A DNA stretch of 64,000 bases from an uncultured bacterium (GTDB lineage Bacteria; Omnitrophota; Omnitrophia; Omnitrophales; Aquincolibacteriaceae). Positions 17,362 to 26,409 of the stretch are shown piece after piece (position 1 is the stretch's first letter; every line of letters starts with the position of its first letter). The stretch spans positions 45,943 through 109,942 of the forward strand of contig CAZSFZ010000006.1 of NCBI GenBank assembly GCA_964606385.1, given 5' to 3'. The notes under the pieces are model-generated. The model was given only the letters and a program-made list of their open reading frames with translations, did no database searches and was not told the DNA's origin. A program made the translations under genes and the position numbers.

Positions 17362-17816
17362 GGTTGAGTCCTCGCGAGAAAATCATCCATCACTTTGGAC
17401 ATGGCCGCGTAGAAGCGGCTGATCACATCGTGTTCCTTGCCGCTGAACTGGTCGTAAGCTTTCAGGAGGAGATTCAGGCTTTGTTCCCGGATCTCCGTAA
17501 TGATCTTTTTACCTTTCGGAAGCATCTCAAGCAGGATCACGCGTCGGTCCTTGGTATGAGGCACGCGTTTCAGGTATTTCTTTTCTTCCAGACGGTCCAC
17601 GAGGTTCGTGACGGCCGGTTTGGTGATCTTCAGGCGGCCGCTGATCTCGGTCATGGAAACCGTCCCAAGGAGCATTAGCTGGCTGAGAAGCGTGAACTGG
17701 GAAAGGGTCAGATCAACCTTTTCCAGGATCTGGGAGTGCATGCGGGAGAATTTCGGATGAAGCTCCCTGAAATTGGCCGCAAATTCATCACGACGGACCA
17801 CCGAGACGACCTCCAT
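17358..17816 (-). CDS. MarR family transcriptional regulator
   Basis: Winged-helix motif LTLSQFTLLSQL...MTEISGRLKITKPAVTNLVDRLEEKKYLKR. Confidence 0.85.
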   Translation of the reverse strand: MEVVSVVRRDEFAANFRELHPKFSRMHSQILEKVDLTLSQFTLLSQLMLLGTVSMTEISGRLKITKPAVTNLVDRLEEKKYLKRVPHTKDRRVILLEMLPKGKKIITEIREQSLNLLLKAYDQFSGKEHDVISRFYAAMSKVMDDFLARTQP

Positions 17817-17831
17817 TGCTTAATTTATTAA

Positions 17832-17852
17832 ATAGTTAAATCATTAAACTAT
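17832..17852. promoter_or_regulatory. AT-rich palindrome, candidate MarR operator
   Basis: ATAGTTAAATCATTAAACTAT is a near-perfect inverted repeat 15 bp upstream of the marR-like start codon. Confidence 0.35.
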
Positions 17853-17910
17853 CTATGGCGTGAAGTATATCCAAAGAGGATCGGAAAAGCAAGAGGTTTG
17901 GAAGGGTTTT

Positions 17911-18543
17911 TTAACGGAAGAGACGCGCGGCCAGAATGCCGTTTAGGATGAACTGGACGGCAATGGCGGTGAGAATGAGGCCCATCAGGCGGCTGGTGAT
18001 CTTGAGCGCGATGACGCTCAGGATCTTGGAGCGTACGGCGACAAACCCCAGAATCAAAAGCGTCAGGACCGAGACAAGGACGATGTTGCCCGCCAGGATC
18101 ATCTGATGGGTAAAGGTTTCCGCTTTGTTTGTTAGCAGGATGACTGCGGTGATGGCGCCGGGTCCCGCGAGCATCGGGATGGCCATCGGAGTGATCGCAA
18201 CGTCGTGTTTGGTGATCCCTTCCGCTTTTTCCTCCTGGGTTTCTTTTAAGGCCGTACGGCGGGCTTGCAACATGTCGAGGCCGACCAGAAGCAACACGAT
18301 ACCGCCCGCGATCTCAAAGGCGGGCAGCGTGATCCCGAAAGCGGTCAGGAGCTTTTGTCCGAAGAAAAAACTCAGGATCAAAATGATGAATGTGATAAGG
18401 GAGGCCAGGCGAGCCATGTGGAGCCGTTCCTGCGGCGTATTCTGCTGGGTCATGGCGAGGAAGGCGGGGATCAGGCCCACCGGGTCCACAATGACAAATA
18501 GGGACGTAAAGGACAGGATTGCGAAATCAAAGGAATTTATCAT
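17911..18543 (-). CDS. marC: MarC family (UPF0056) membrane protein
   Basis: MINSFDFAILSFTSLFVIVDPVGLIPAFLAM is the typical MarC N-terminus. The start is taken at the internal Met of the longer track ORF. Confidence 0.75.
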   Translation of the reverse strand: MINSFDFAILSFTSLFVIVDPVGLIPAFLAMTQQNTPQERLHMARLASLITFIILILSFFFGQKLLTAFGITLPAFEIAGGIVLLLVGLDMLQARRTALKETQEEKAEGITKHDVAITPMAIPMLAGPGAITAVILLTNKAETFTHQMILAGNIVLVSVLTLLILGFVAVRSKILSVIALKITSRLMGLILTAIAVQFILNGILAARLFR

Positions 18544-18634
18544 GACCTTAGAACATCGGCAGAAAAGGGATGAGGCTTGATCGGGCCTGTACGGCGCTTG
18601 GAGGTCAGAGGGGATTATGGCATAATGAGCGTCC

Positions 18635-20092
18635 ATGAATATTTTCCGAAAAATCGTCTTCTATCTGTTTTTGGCGCTTTATCTGGTGTTGTGCCCGATC
18701 GTGATCCTCTACGCGTTTGGTTATATCTTTACGCCCAAGACCGAAGAAGGATTCGCGAAAACAGGGCTGATCCGGATCGAAACGATCCCTTCCAATGCCG
18801 CTATTTCAGTTTCAAACCGCCTTTTTGAAGAAAAGACACCCGCGACGGTCCGTAATCTCTTGCCGGGAGCGTATGATCTGAAGGTCCTGCTCCGGGGCTA
18901 CCGGCCTTGGATCCGCAGGGTGGAAGTTGAGGCGGGTAAAGCCGTCAACTTTGAAAAAGTTGTTTTAGTCCCCCAAAATGTTAAAACCAAAACTCTGATC
19001 GCGAAGCCTTTCGACGATCTTTTCCCGGTTCCCGGGACACGCTACCTGCTACTCAAAGGCGGAAAACAGGCCGGAGGTCTTATCGCCTACGACTGGAGAA
19101 ACGGGACATTCCGGACCGTTCTTCCGGATACGGCGTCTTCCGGCGCCGCAGAACTTATCAAGATCTTCAGCGTGAAAGACAGTCCGTTTGTTATCCTCGG
19201 GATCAAGGACACGCAGGGCCTGAAATTCCTGGGATGTTATTTGGATAAGGAAAAATCCGAAGTGAGAGATATCACCACTCTGTTTGGAGGGAAAGAACCT
19301 AAAGAGATCCGGTGGGAAGGTAACCATCCCGAATACCTTTTTGTGCTTCGGGGGCAGGATCTCGCGCGGCTGGATCTTGAAAAAATGACTGCGGTGCCGG
19401 ATTTTTTACCCAAGGTCCGAGGTTTCGGACTTTTTAAAGGCAAGGTGTATGCCCTTCGCGAATCCTCGATCATCCGGACCGGTGTTCATTCCAAAAAAGG
19501 CGAGGAAACGCTGGTCGAAAAAGGTGTTTTTCTTGAGAACCTTTTCCGGGGCGGGGAACAATACCGGATCGATTTTATCTCAAACCGGTCCATCTGTTTT
19601 CTCGGGAGCCGCGGGGAGCTTTTTTCAAACGTCCTGCCGTACCGTTTCGTGGATGAAGGCGTGCGGGGCTACGAGTTCGACCGGGGAGGCCGCAAGGTCG
19701 CTCTCTGGCAAGGGGGACGGGTCGGGGTGCTGGATTTTGAAAAGCCCGAGCGTAAAAAAGAATTTTTTGAGCGTGGGCCCGAGATCGAATGGCTTTTTGA
19801 AAAAGGAGCGAATATCCGTCAGGCCTACTTCGTTTATGATGCCTCCCACGTCCTTTTTTGTGATGACGACAAGATCTTTATGGCGCGGATCGGCGAGCAG
19901 TACATCTCTCTGGAAAAGATCGTCGCGGTCCGCAAGGGCAGCGGGGTCTTTTACGCCGAAAAAACCGGCAAGCTTTATTATCTGGAACCGTCGCTGGGCG
20001 AATTCGTGGCTGCGGATATCCTGCCCGAAGGTTTTACCTTCGCAAGCATGATCGACGAATTTGAAAAAGAAAGCCAGGAGGCCAGAGTATGA
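18635..20092 (+). CDS. PEGA-domain membrane-anchored protein
   Basis: N-terminal TM helix followed by a PEGA-like segment (IETIPSNAAISVSNRLFEEKTPATVRNLLPGAYDLKV). Confidence 0.6.
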   Translation: MNIFRKIVFYLFLALYLVLCPIVILYAFGYIFTPKTEEGFAKTGLIRIETIPSNAAISVSNRLFEEKTPATVRNLLPGAYDLKVLLRGYRPWIRRVEVEAGKAVNFEKVVLVPQNVKTKTLIAKPFDDLFPVPGTRYLLLKGGKQAGGLIAYDWRNGTFRTVLPDTASSGAAELIKIFSVKDSPFVILGIKDTQGLKFLGCYLDKEKSEVRDITTLFGGKEPKEIRWEGNHPEYLFVLRGQDLARLDLEKMTAVPDFLPKVRGFGLFKGKVYALRESSIIRTGVHSKKGEETLVEKGVFLENLFRGGEQYRIDFISNRSICFLGSRGELFSNVLPYRFVDEGVRGYEFDRGGRKVALWQGGRVGVLDFEKPERKKEFFERGPEIEWLFEKGANIRQAYFVYDASHVLFCDDDKIFMARIGEQYISLEKIVAVRKGSGVFYAEKTGKLYYLEPSLGEFVAADILPEGFTFASMIDEFEKESQEARV

Positions 20093-21726
20093 CGTTTCGT
20101 TATTCGCGCCAGGGACTAAGCCGGAAGCAGATGTTCCTGCAGCGTTTTTTTGAGGTGCTGCCGGGACTGACCAGCTGGACACTGATCCTGGGAATGGTGG
20201 CGCTCTCGATCGGGGCGCCCTTGATCGCCGCGATCGTCGTGATTGCCTTCATGCTGGCCTGGGTCTTGCGGCTGTTTTATATGACCATTTTTCTTCTGAT
20301 CTCCTATCTCAGGCTTCGTGTTGAAAAAGAAACAGATTGGCTTGCGCGGATCCAGGGCCTGGACCGGCTGGAGGATTACCTGAAAGCATTAAGGGCCAAA
20401 CCTGCGAAAAATAACCTGCGCCGCCGCGTTTCTCTCTGGCTGCACCGGAAAGATGTGGAACGTCTGCAAAAATCGGGGAATCCTCCGCCCCGGTCTTCGG
20501 AGATCTTCCATCTTGTCGTGATCCCCGTGATCAAGGAATCTTCCGCGGTGGTCGAATCGAACGTTCTGAGCATCGCCGGGAACAAGGTTTTTGCGCCCCG
20601 GACGGTTGTCGTGCTCGCGGTGGAATCCAGAGCAGAGGCATCCGTCCGGGAGGGCATGAGCGGGATCGCGGAGAAACATCGCGGGCGGTTCATGGACTTT
20701 TTTGTGGTGGAGCATCCGGATGGTTTGCCGGGGGAGGCACGCGTCAAAGGCGCGAACACGAGCTACGCTGCGAAAACCGCGGCACGGTATTTTGAAGAGC
20801 GCAAGATCCCGTTCGAAAATATTATCATCTCATGTTTCGACGCGGACACGGTCGTGAGTTCCGATTATTTTGCCTGCCTGACGTATTGTTTTATGAGTTG
20901 TGCCGACCGGTACCGGGCGAGTTTTCAGCCGATCCCCGTTTTTCATAACAATATCTGGGAAGTGCCCGGGTTCGCGCGCGTGGTGGAGACGGGGTCTTCT
21001 TTTTTTCAATTGATCGAAACCACGGACCCGGAGCGGCTCGTCACCTTTTCAAGTCACAGCATGAGCTTCAAGGCGCTCGTGGACGTGGGGTATTGGTCCA
21101 CGGACATGATCTCAGAAGACTCCGGGATCTTCTGGAAATCCTTTTTGCATTTTGACGGAAAGTATCAGGTGGTCCCGATGCCCATCACGCTTTCGATGGA
21201 TATCGTGGCGGCAAGTTCCTGGTGGGGGACGGTGGTGAGCCTTTACAAACAAAAGAGACGATGGGCATGGGGAGCGGAGAATTTCCCCTTGGTGATGCGG
21301 GGGTTTCTTGCCAACAAAAAGATCTCCCTTTATAACAAGATCCGTCACGGCTACAAGCTTTTTGAGGGACAGATTACTTGGGCGACCCTGCCGTTCCTGC
21401 TGACCTTTGTGGGATGGCTGCCGGTGATCTCGGCCGGAAACGAATTCTCCAATACGGTTCTCTATTACAATGCGAGCCGGTTCACGCAGACTATTTTCAG
21501 CCTCTCAACCCTTGCCCTTCTGGGAACGATCATTATGAGTCTTTGGCTCCTTCCCAAGAAGAACAAGAAATTTCCGTTCTTGTGGACTCTGATCCACGGA
21601 GTGGAATGGTTTCTTGTCCCTTTTATCCTTGTTTTTCTCAGTGCCGCACCCGCTCTTGATGCCCAGACGCGCTTGCTTCTCAATAAGCGGATGGAGTTTT
21701 GGGTCTCAGGTAAGCGAATCCGGTAA
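20089..21726 (+). CDS. membrane glycosyltransferase, GT2-like
   Basis: ATGA overlap with the PEGA gene. N- and C-terminal TM bundles around a cytoplasmic domain carrying a D-x-D-like CFDADTV motif. The family assignment is tentative. Confidence 0.5.
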   Translation: MTFRYSRQGLSRKQMFLQRFFEVLPGLTSWTLILGMVALSIGAPLIAAIVVIAFMLAWVLRLFYMTIFLLISYLRLRVEKETDWLARIQGLDRLEDYLKALRAKPAKNNLRRRVSLWLHRKDVERLQKSGNPPPRSSEIFHLVVIPVIKESSAVVESNVLSIAGNKVFAPRTVVVLAVESRAEASVREGMSGIAEKHRGRFMDFFVVEHPDGLPGEARVKGANTSYAAKTAARYFEERKIPFENIIISCFDADTVVSSDYFACLTYCFMSCADRYRASFQPIPVFHNNIWEVPGFARVVETGSSFFQLIETTDPERLVTFSSHSMSFKALVDVGYWSTDMISEDSGIFWKSFLHFDGKYQVVPMPITLSMDIVAASSWWGTVVSLYKQKRRWAWGAENFPLVMRGFLANKKISLYNKIRHGYKLFEGQITWATLPFLLTFVGWLPVISAGNEFSNTVLYYNASRFTQTIFSLSTLALLGTIIMSLWLLPKKNKKFPFLWTLIHGVEWFLVPFILVFLSAAPALDAQTRLLLNKRMEFWVSGKRIR

Positions 21727-22073
21727 CATCCTATCTTCTTCAATCTAAATAAGTTATAGCTTTATGTATCCTTATGTCTCAGTCTGGAAATATTTTTAGT
21801 CTAGGCGGGCCCATGTTTGACAGCGTTACAAGGGCAAGTTACAATTCCTTTCAGAAGTCGATATCAACTTGCGAGGTGAAACCCGAAATATTCCCCTTTC
21901 TCAGGGGTAGCACTTTGAACTCTGCGGTTAGAGTTTCAAGTGACGTGGAAGCAAAAGTATTGAAGCGCCTGTTAGTTTTGAGTAATGACCCGGGTTGTAG
22001 GGGCGATTGCTTGGAACTAAAAGGCGTTTTTTTTATCCAGAAATAAAATCCGAAGGAAAGGAGGAAACTGAAT

Positions 22074-22370
22074 ATGAAGAGCATTGCGATCCTGATTGTT
22101 GCGATTCTGCTTTGCCCGGCTTTTGCGTTTGCTGCCGATGATATGACGCCCGTGGTTGTGGATGAGGCGGTTGTCGTGGCGGAAGATGCCGAGACCGGTG
22201 ATGTGATCGCCGAAGCCGTTGAAATGGATGAAACTCTCGCTCCGATGAGCGCGAAGGACATCAAGGCTGAAGCGAAGGAAGAGATCAAGGAAGTGAAGGA
22301 AGAAGCGAAAGAAGCGATTAAGGATATCAAGGCGGAAGAGAAGGAAGCCTTGGAAGAAGTAACGCTGTAA
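22074..22370 (+). CDS. small secreted acidic K/E-repeat protein
   Basis: RBS AAAGGAGGaaactgaatATG. Signal peptide MKSIAILIVAILLCPAFAFA. The C-terminal half is KEE/KEA repeats and is probably coiled-coil. Confidence 0.45.
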   Translation: MKSIAILIVAILLCPAFAFAADDMTPVVVDEAVVVAEDAETGDVIAEAVEMDETLAPMSAKDIKAEAKEEIKEVKEEAKEAIKDIKAEEKEALEEVTL

Positions 22371-22379
22371 GACTTGCGG

Positions 22380-22662
22380 TCTGTCCGAAAGGACGGGAGC
22401 ATGATCGCCTAATTCTTGAAATGAGGGAGCGGGAGAAATAGAAACGGTGAATCTCTCCGGAAGGGGGGACGGGCTAATCTGCGGTCCGAACCAAGAACTA
22501 GACTAATCCCGTCGGCGTTGCAGATTGTTATCATCGTTAAAAATGCAAGAGGCCGGTCTTTCGGGACCGGCCTCTTGGCTATTCAAAGAAAGTTCCCAAA
22601 TCCGCGTTTTTCTGCTTTAATACGCACTCCGTTTAACCAACCTGGTGGAAAGAGAGTAGTCC
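22380..22662 (+). promoter_or_regulatory. long structured 5' leader of terC-family gene (candidate Mn2+/yybP-ykoY-type riboswitch, unverified)
   Basis: ~280-nt untranslated leader with several stems: GGGAGA..TCTCTCC, GACGGG..CCCGTC, and a perfect 12-bp hairpin AAGAGGCCGGTC-TTTCGG-GACCGGCCTCTT at 22545-22576. TerC/Alx genes are the classic context for yybP-ykoY elements. The consensus could not be verified by eye. Confidence 0.3.
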
Positions 22663-23592
22663 ATGCCCGACATTTTAGCCTGGTCGATTTTTGGTGTTAT
22701 CGTTATTGCGTTGCTTGCCTTGGATCTTGGGGTTTTTCACCGCAAGGCTCACGAGGTCAAGATGAAAGAGGCTCTTATCTGGAGCGCCGTCTGGATCGGG
22801 GTCGCCTTGCTCTTTAATTTAGGCGTCTACTTCGCAAAAGGCAAGGAACTGGCGATCCAGTTTTTGGCCGGGTATCTTCTGGAAAAATCCCTCAGCGTTG
22901 ATAATCTTTTTGTTTTTCTTCTGATCTTCAACTATTTTCATCTTCCCTCCAAATATCAGCATGAGGTCCTTTTTTGGGGCATATTGGGGGCGCTTCTTTT
23001 CCGCGCGGTCTTCATTGTTTGTGGGCTCGGGCTCTTGCATTACTTTGCCTGGATGATCTACGTGTTCGGAGCGATTTTAATCTGGACCGGAGCCAAGCTG
23101 GCCTTTGAAAAGGACAAAAAAGTCGAGCCGGAGAAGAATGTTTTTGTGAAAATGTTCCGCCGGTTCTTTCCTCTAACACAGGATTATCACGACGGAAAAT
23201 TCTTTATCCGGATCGATAAGGTCCTTTACGCCACGCCGCTCGTTGTGATCTTGCTGGTCGTAGAATCCACGGACATTGTGTTTGCGGTGGATTCTATTCC
23301 CGCGATCCTGGCGATCTCACGGGATGCTTTCATTGTTTATACCTCGAACGTTTTCGCGATCCTGGGCCTTCGGGCCCTTTATTTCGCGTTAGCTCAGCTC
23401 ATGAAGCTTTTTCATCATTTGCACTACGGGCTTTCCCTGATCCTGGTGCTGATCGGCATCAAAATGATCATTGCTCATTTTATCCACATCCCGACGGCCA
23501 TCACGCTTGGAGGCATCCTGCTTATTCTGACACTTTCAGTCGTGGCATCAATGATCTGGCCGCAGAAACCGGGGGAGTGCGGGCACAGTTAA
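22663..23592 (+). CDS. TerC family integral membrane protein (Alx/YkoY-like)
   Basis: LAGYLLEKSLSVDNLFVFLLIF and a second repeat (VESTDIVFAVDSIPAILAIS) are TerC hallmarks. Confidence 0.85.
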   Translation: MPDILAWSIFGVIVIALLALDLGVFHRKAHEVKMKEALIWSAVWIGVALLFNLGVYFAKGKELAIQFLAGYLLEKSLSVDNLFVFLLIFNYFHLPSKYQHEVLFWGILGALLFRAVFIVCGLGLLHYFAWMIYVFGAILIWTGAKLAFEKDKKVEPEKNVFVKMFRRFFPLTQDYHDGKFFIRIDKVLYATPLVVILLVVESTDIVFAVDSIPAILAISRDAFIVYTSNVFAILGLRALYFALAQLMKLFHHLHYGLSLILVLIGIKMIIAHFIHIPTAITLGGILLILTLSVVASMIWPQKPGECGHS

Positions 23593-23614
23593 GTTTTAAG
23601 AGCCGTTTCTTAAA

Positions 23615-23657
23615 TAAAAAAGCGCAGGACGGTGTCACCGCTCTGCGCTTTTTTTAT
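23615..23657. terminator. bidirectional intrinsic terminator
   Basis: AAAAAAGCGCAG...CTGCGCTTTTTTT lies between the convergent terC(+) and hppA(-) genes. Confidence 0.5.
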
Positions 23658-23674
23658 GGTTATTCTTTTAAAGA

Positions 23675-26146
23675 TCAGGCTTTTGTTGCTGCCTCGACCG
23701 GCAGTTTCGGGATCCGCATTTTGTAAAAGGACCTCCAAACGAAAATCAGGCCGATGATGAAGAAGACCACGCCGCTGATCGTGGTCGTTGCCGGATTCAT
23801 CTTGATCGCGATCTCGACGGCCAGCATGCCGAAGAGGGTCGAGAACTTGATGATCGGGTTGAGCGAGACCGATGTCGTGTCCTTGAAGGGATCTCCCACG
23901 GTGTCGCCAATGACCGTTGCCGCATGAACGGGCGTGTTTTTCTCTCCCAGATCGACCTCGACGACTTTCTTCGCGTTATCCCAGGAACCGCCCGCGTTGG
24001 CCATGAACATGGCCTGGAAAAGTCCAAAGGTGGCGATGGCGATCAGGTAGGCGATGAAGAAATAGGGATCGAACATCGCGAACGCGAGCGTGAGCATGAG
24101 CAACCCCACGAAAATATTCCACATCCCTTTTTGCGCGTACTCGGTACAGATCTTCACGACCTTGATCGAGTCTTGCCGGTCGGCTTCTTTTTTGTCGAGG
24201 TTCAGGTTCTTCTTGATGTACTCGACAGCGGAGTAGGCCCCGGTGGCCACGGCCTGGATGGAAGCGCCGCAGAACCAGAAGATCACGGCGCCGCCGCACA
24301 AGATCCCCAAAAGGACCGGCGCGGCCGTGAGCGATTCTTTTTCGTTAAGCAGGATCTCTCCGATATTCGCCGGAAGCACCTCGCCCAGCTTTGCACCGGC
24401 GACCGCGAGGGAGTGAAGATGCTCCTGCAAGAGCAGGATGATCGAAAAGATCATGGTGGTGGCTCCCGCGACGGCGGTCCCGATCAGCACGGGCTTTGCG
24501 GTAGCCTTGAAGGTATTGCCGGCCGAATCGTTGGCCTCCAGATAGTGTTTGCCTAGTTTGAAGTCAGGTTTGAATCCGAAATCCTTTTCGATCTCTTTTT
24601 CGATCCCCGGGATCGATTCCGTCTGGGCGAGTTCGAAGATCGATTGGGCGTTATCCGTCACCGGGCCGTAGGAATCCACGGCGATATTCACGGGGCCCAT
24701 ACAGAGGAACCCGTAGGCTACAAGGCCGAACGCGAAAATGGAGGCGTGCGGCATGATGTTCTGAAGCCCTGTCCCCGCGATCAAGAAGGCCCCGAACATC
24801 AGGCCCGCGATGAGGATACCCTTCCAGAAAGCTGAGAAGTAACCCGCCACGAGGCCCGAGAGGATCGTGAGCGACGCGCCGCCCTCACGGGAAGCGGTGA
24901 CGATCTCCTGGACATGTTTCGAATGGGAAGAGGTGAAGACTTTGGTGAACTCGGGAATGAGGTAAGCTGCCAAAGTGCCGCAAGTGATGATCGAAGCCAG
25001 CTTCCACCAGAGCGTCGGATCGGGAAGGTCACCGACCAAGAGGTAAGACATCCCGAACGAAGTGGAGATGCAGAGGATCGAAGCGATCTTGATCAACCGC
25101 GTGAGAGGCTCTTCGAAATCGAATTCTTTCAGGCCCTTGTATTTGCGCTCGGAGATGGCCTGGTTGATGAAGTACGAAAACCCCGACATGAAATCCATCA
25201 GGAACCGCATGGCGAAGATCCAGACGATGAGCTTTGCCTGGAGCGACGGATCTTTGATCGCGAGGGTGATGAACGAGATCAGCGCGACGCCGGTCACGCC
25301 GTAGGTCTCGAAGCCGTCCGCGGTCGGACCCACCGAGTCGCCGGCGTTGTCTCCCGTGCAGTCGGCGATGACGCCCGGGTTGCGCGGGTCATCTTCCTTG
25401 ACCTTGAAGACGATCTTCATGAGGTCGGAACCGATATCGGCGATCTTCGTGAAGATGCCTCCCGCGATCCGGAGGGCGCTCGCCCCGAGCGATTCACCGA
25501 TGGCGAATCCCAAAAAGCAATAGCCCACGATGTCGCGCGGCACGAAGAGCAGGATGATGACCATCATGACCAGTTCCACGGAGATCAGGAAAAGGCCGAC
25601 GGACATTCCGGAGCGCATGGGGATATTGACCACATCCCAGGGTTTTCCGCGGAGCGATGCGAAAGCGGTCCTTGCGTTCGCGTAGGTGTTGATGCGGATC
25701 CCGTAGTACGCGACAAGAGCGGATCCGCCCATGCCGATGACCGAAAAAAGAAGGACCAGCCCCAGGGTCGCCAGGGGTTCGTGCTTGAGGCCGAGGAAGT
25801 AGTAACTCATCGCGGCGGCGATGATCACGAACAGGATCGTGAGGAACTTCACCTGCTGTTTCAGATAGGTTTTGCAGGTCTGGAAGATCGTTTCCGCCAC
25901 ATCGAGCATCGACTTGTGGGCGGGAAGGGCCTTCACGTTAAAAAACTGGTAAAGGGATAATCCCACGGTCCCCAGGATCACCATCGCCCCGTAAAGAAGG
26001 ATCTGGAAGCCCGAGAGGCCGCCGAACATGGCGAAGTGTCCTTCATGAAGGTCCGGGATCTTGAGATCCGCTTCACTGGCCCATGCCGCGCCCTGCCCAA
26101 GAAAGATCATGCTTGAAAAAGAGAGTCGTGTGAGAAGTTTTTTCAT
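23675..26146 (-). CDS. hppA: membrane-bound H+/Na+-translocating pyrophosphatase
   Basis: 823 aa with ~16 TM helices. Conserved V-PPase motifs include GGIFTKIADIGSDL, DNVGDNVGD-like DCTGDNAGD and EYYT. Confidence 0.9.
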   Translation of the reverse strand: MKKLLTRLSFSSMIFLGQGAAWASEADLKIPDLHEGHFAMFGGLSGFQILLYGAMVILGTVGLSLYQFFNVKALPAHKSMLDVAETIFQTCKTYLKQQVKFLTILFVIIAAAMSYYFLGLKHEPLATLGLVLLFSVIGMGGSALVAYYGIRINTYANARTAFASLRGKPWDVVNIPMRSGMSVGLFLISVELVMMVIILLFVPRDIVGYCFLGFAIGESLGASALRIAGGIFTKIADIGSDLMKIVFKVKEDDPRNPGVIADCTGDNAGDSVGPTADGFETYGVTGVALISFITLAIKDPSLQAKLIVWIFAMRFLMDFMSGFSYFINQAISERKYKGLKEFDFEEPLTRLIKIASILCISTSFGMSYLLVGDLPDPTLWWKLASIITCGTLAAYLIPEFTKVFTSSHSKHVQEIVTASREGGASLTILSGLVAGYFSAFWKGILIAGLMFGAFLIAGTGLQNIMPHASIFAFGLVAYGFLCMGPVNIAVDSYGPVTDNAQSIFELAQTESIPGIEKEIEKDFGFKPDFKLGKHYLEANDSAGNTFKATAKPVLIGTAVAGATTMIFSIILLLQEHLHSLAVAGAKLGEVLPANIGEILLNEKESLTAAPVLLGILCGGAVIFWFCGASIQAVATGAYSAVEYIKKNLNLDKKEADRQDSIKVVKICTEYAQKGMWNIFVGLLMLTLAFAMFDPYFFIAYLIAIATFGLFQAMFMANAGGSWDNAKKVVEVDLGEKNTPVHAATVIGDTVGDPFKDTTSVSLNPIIKFSTLFGMLAVEIAIKMNPATTTISGVVFFIIGLIFVWRSFYKMRIPKLPVEAATKA

Positions 26147-26362
26147 ATGTCTCCTGTTGAATTAATAACTCAAGTCTTGTAGATCATTCGGGGGAATGAC
26201 AAGGAAATGCAGAGCTTAAGCTAATAATTATCTTTTGTTTTCGAAGTCGAATAAGGTTTTCGAAGGATTTATACGCGAATGGGCACTTATGATAGCGCAA
26301 TGCCGGAAAAATTCCACTCAAATCTTACTTTCGACGGGAAAGTAACGGTCAAAAGGGCTTCA

Positions 26363-26396
26363 GGCATCTATTGATTGTCCGCCTCTTTCTGCTATA
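26363..26396 (+). promoter_or_regulatory. candidate sigma70-type promoter for permease::Usp gene
   Basis: TTGATT-16 nt-TATATT in the AT-rich divergent region ~15 nt upstream of the start codon. Confidence 0.3.
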
Positions 26397-26409
26397 TTAG
26401 CGGCTCATT

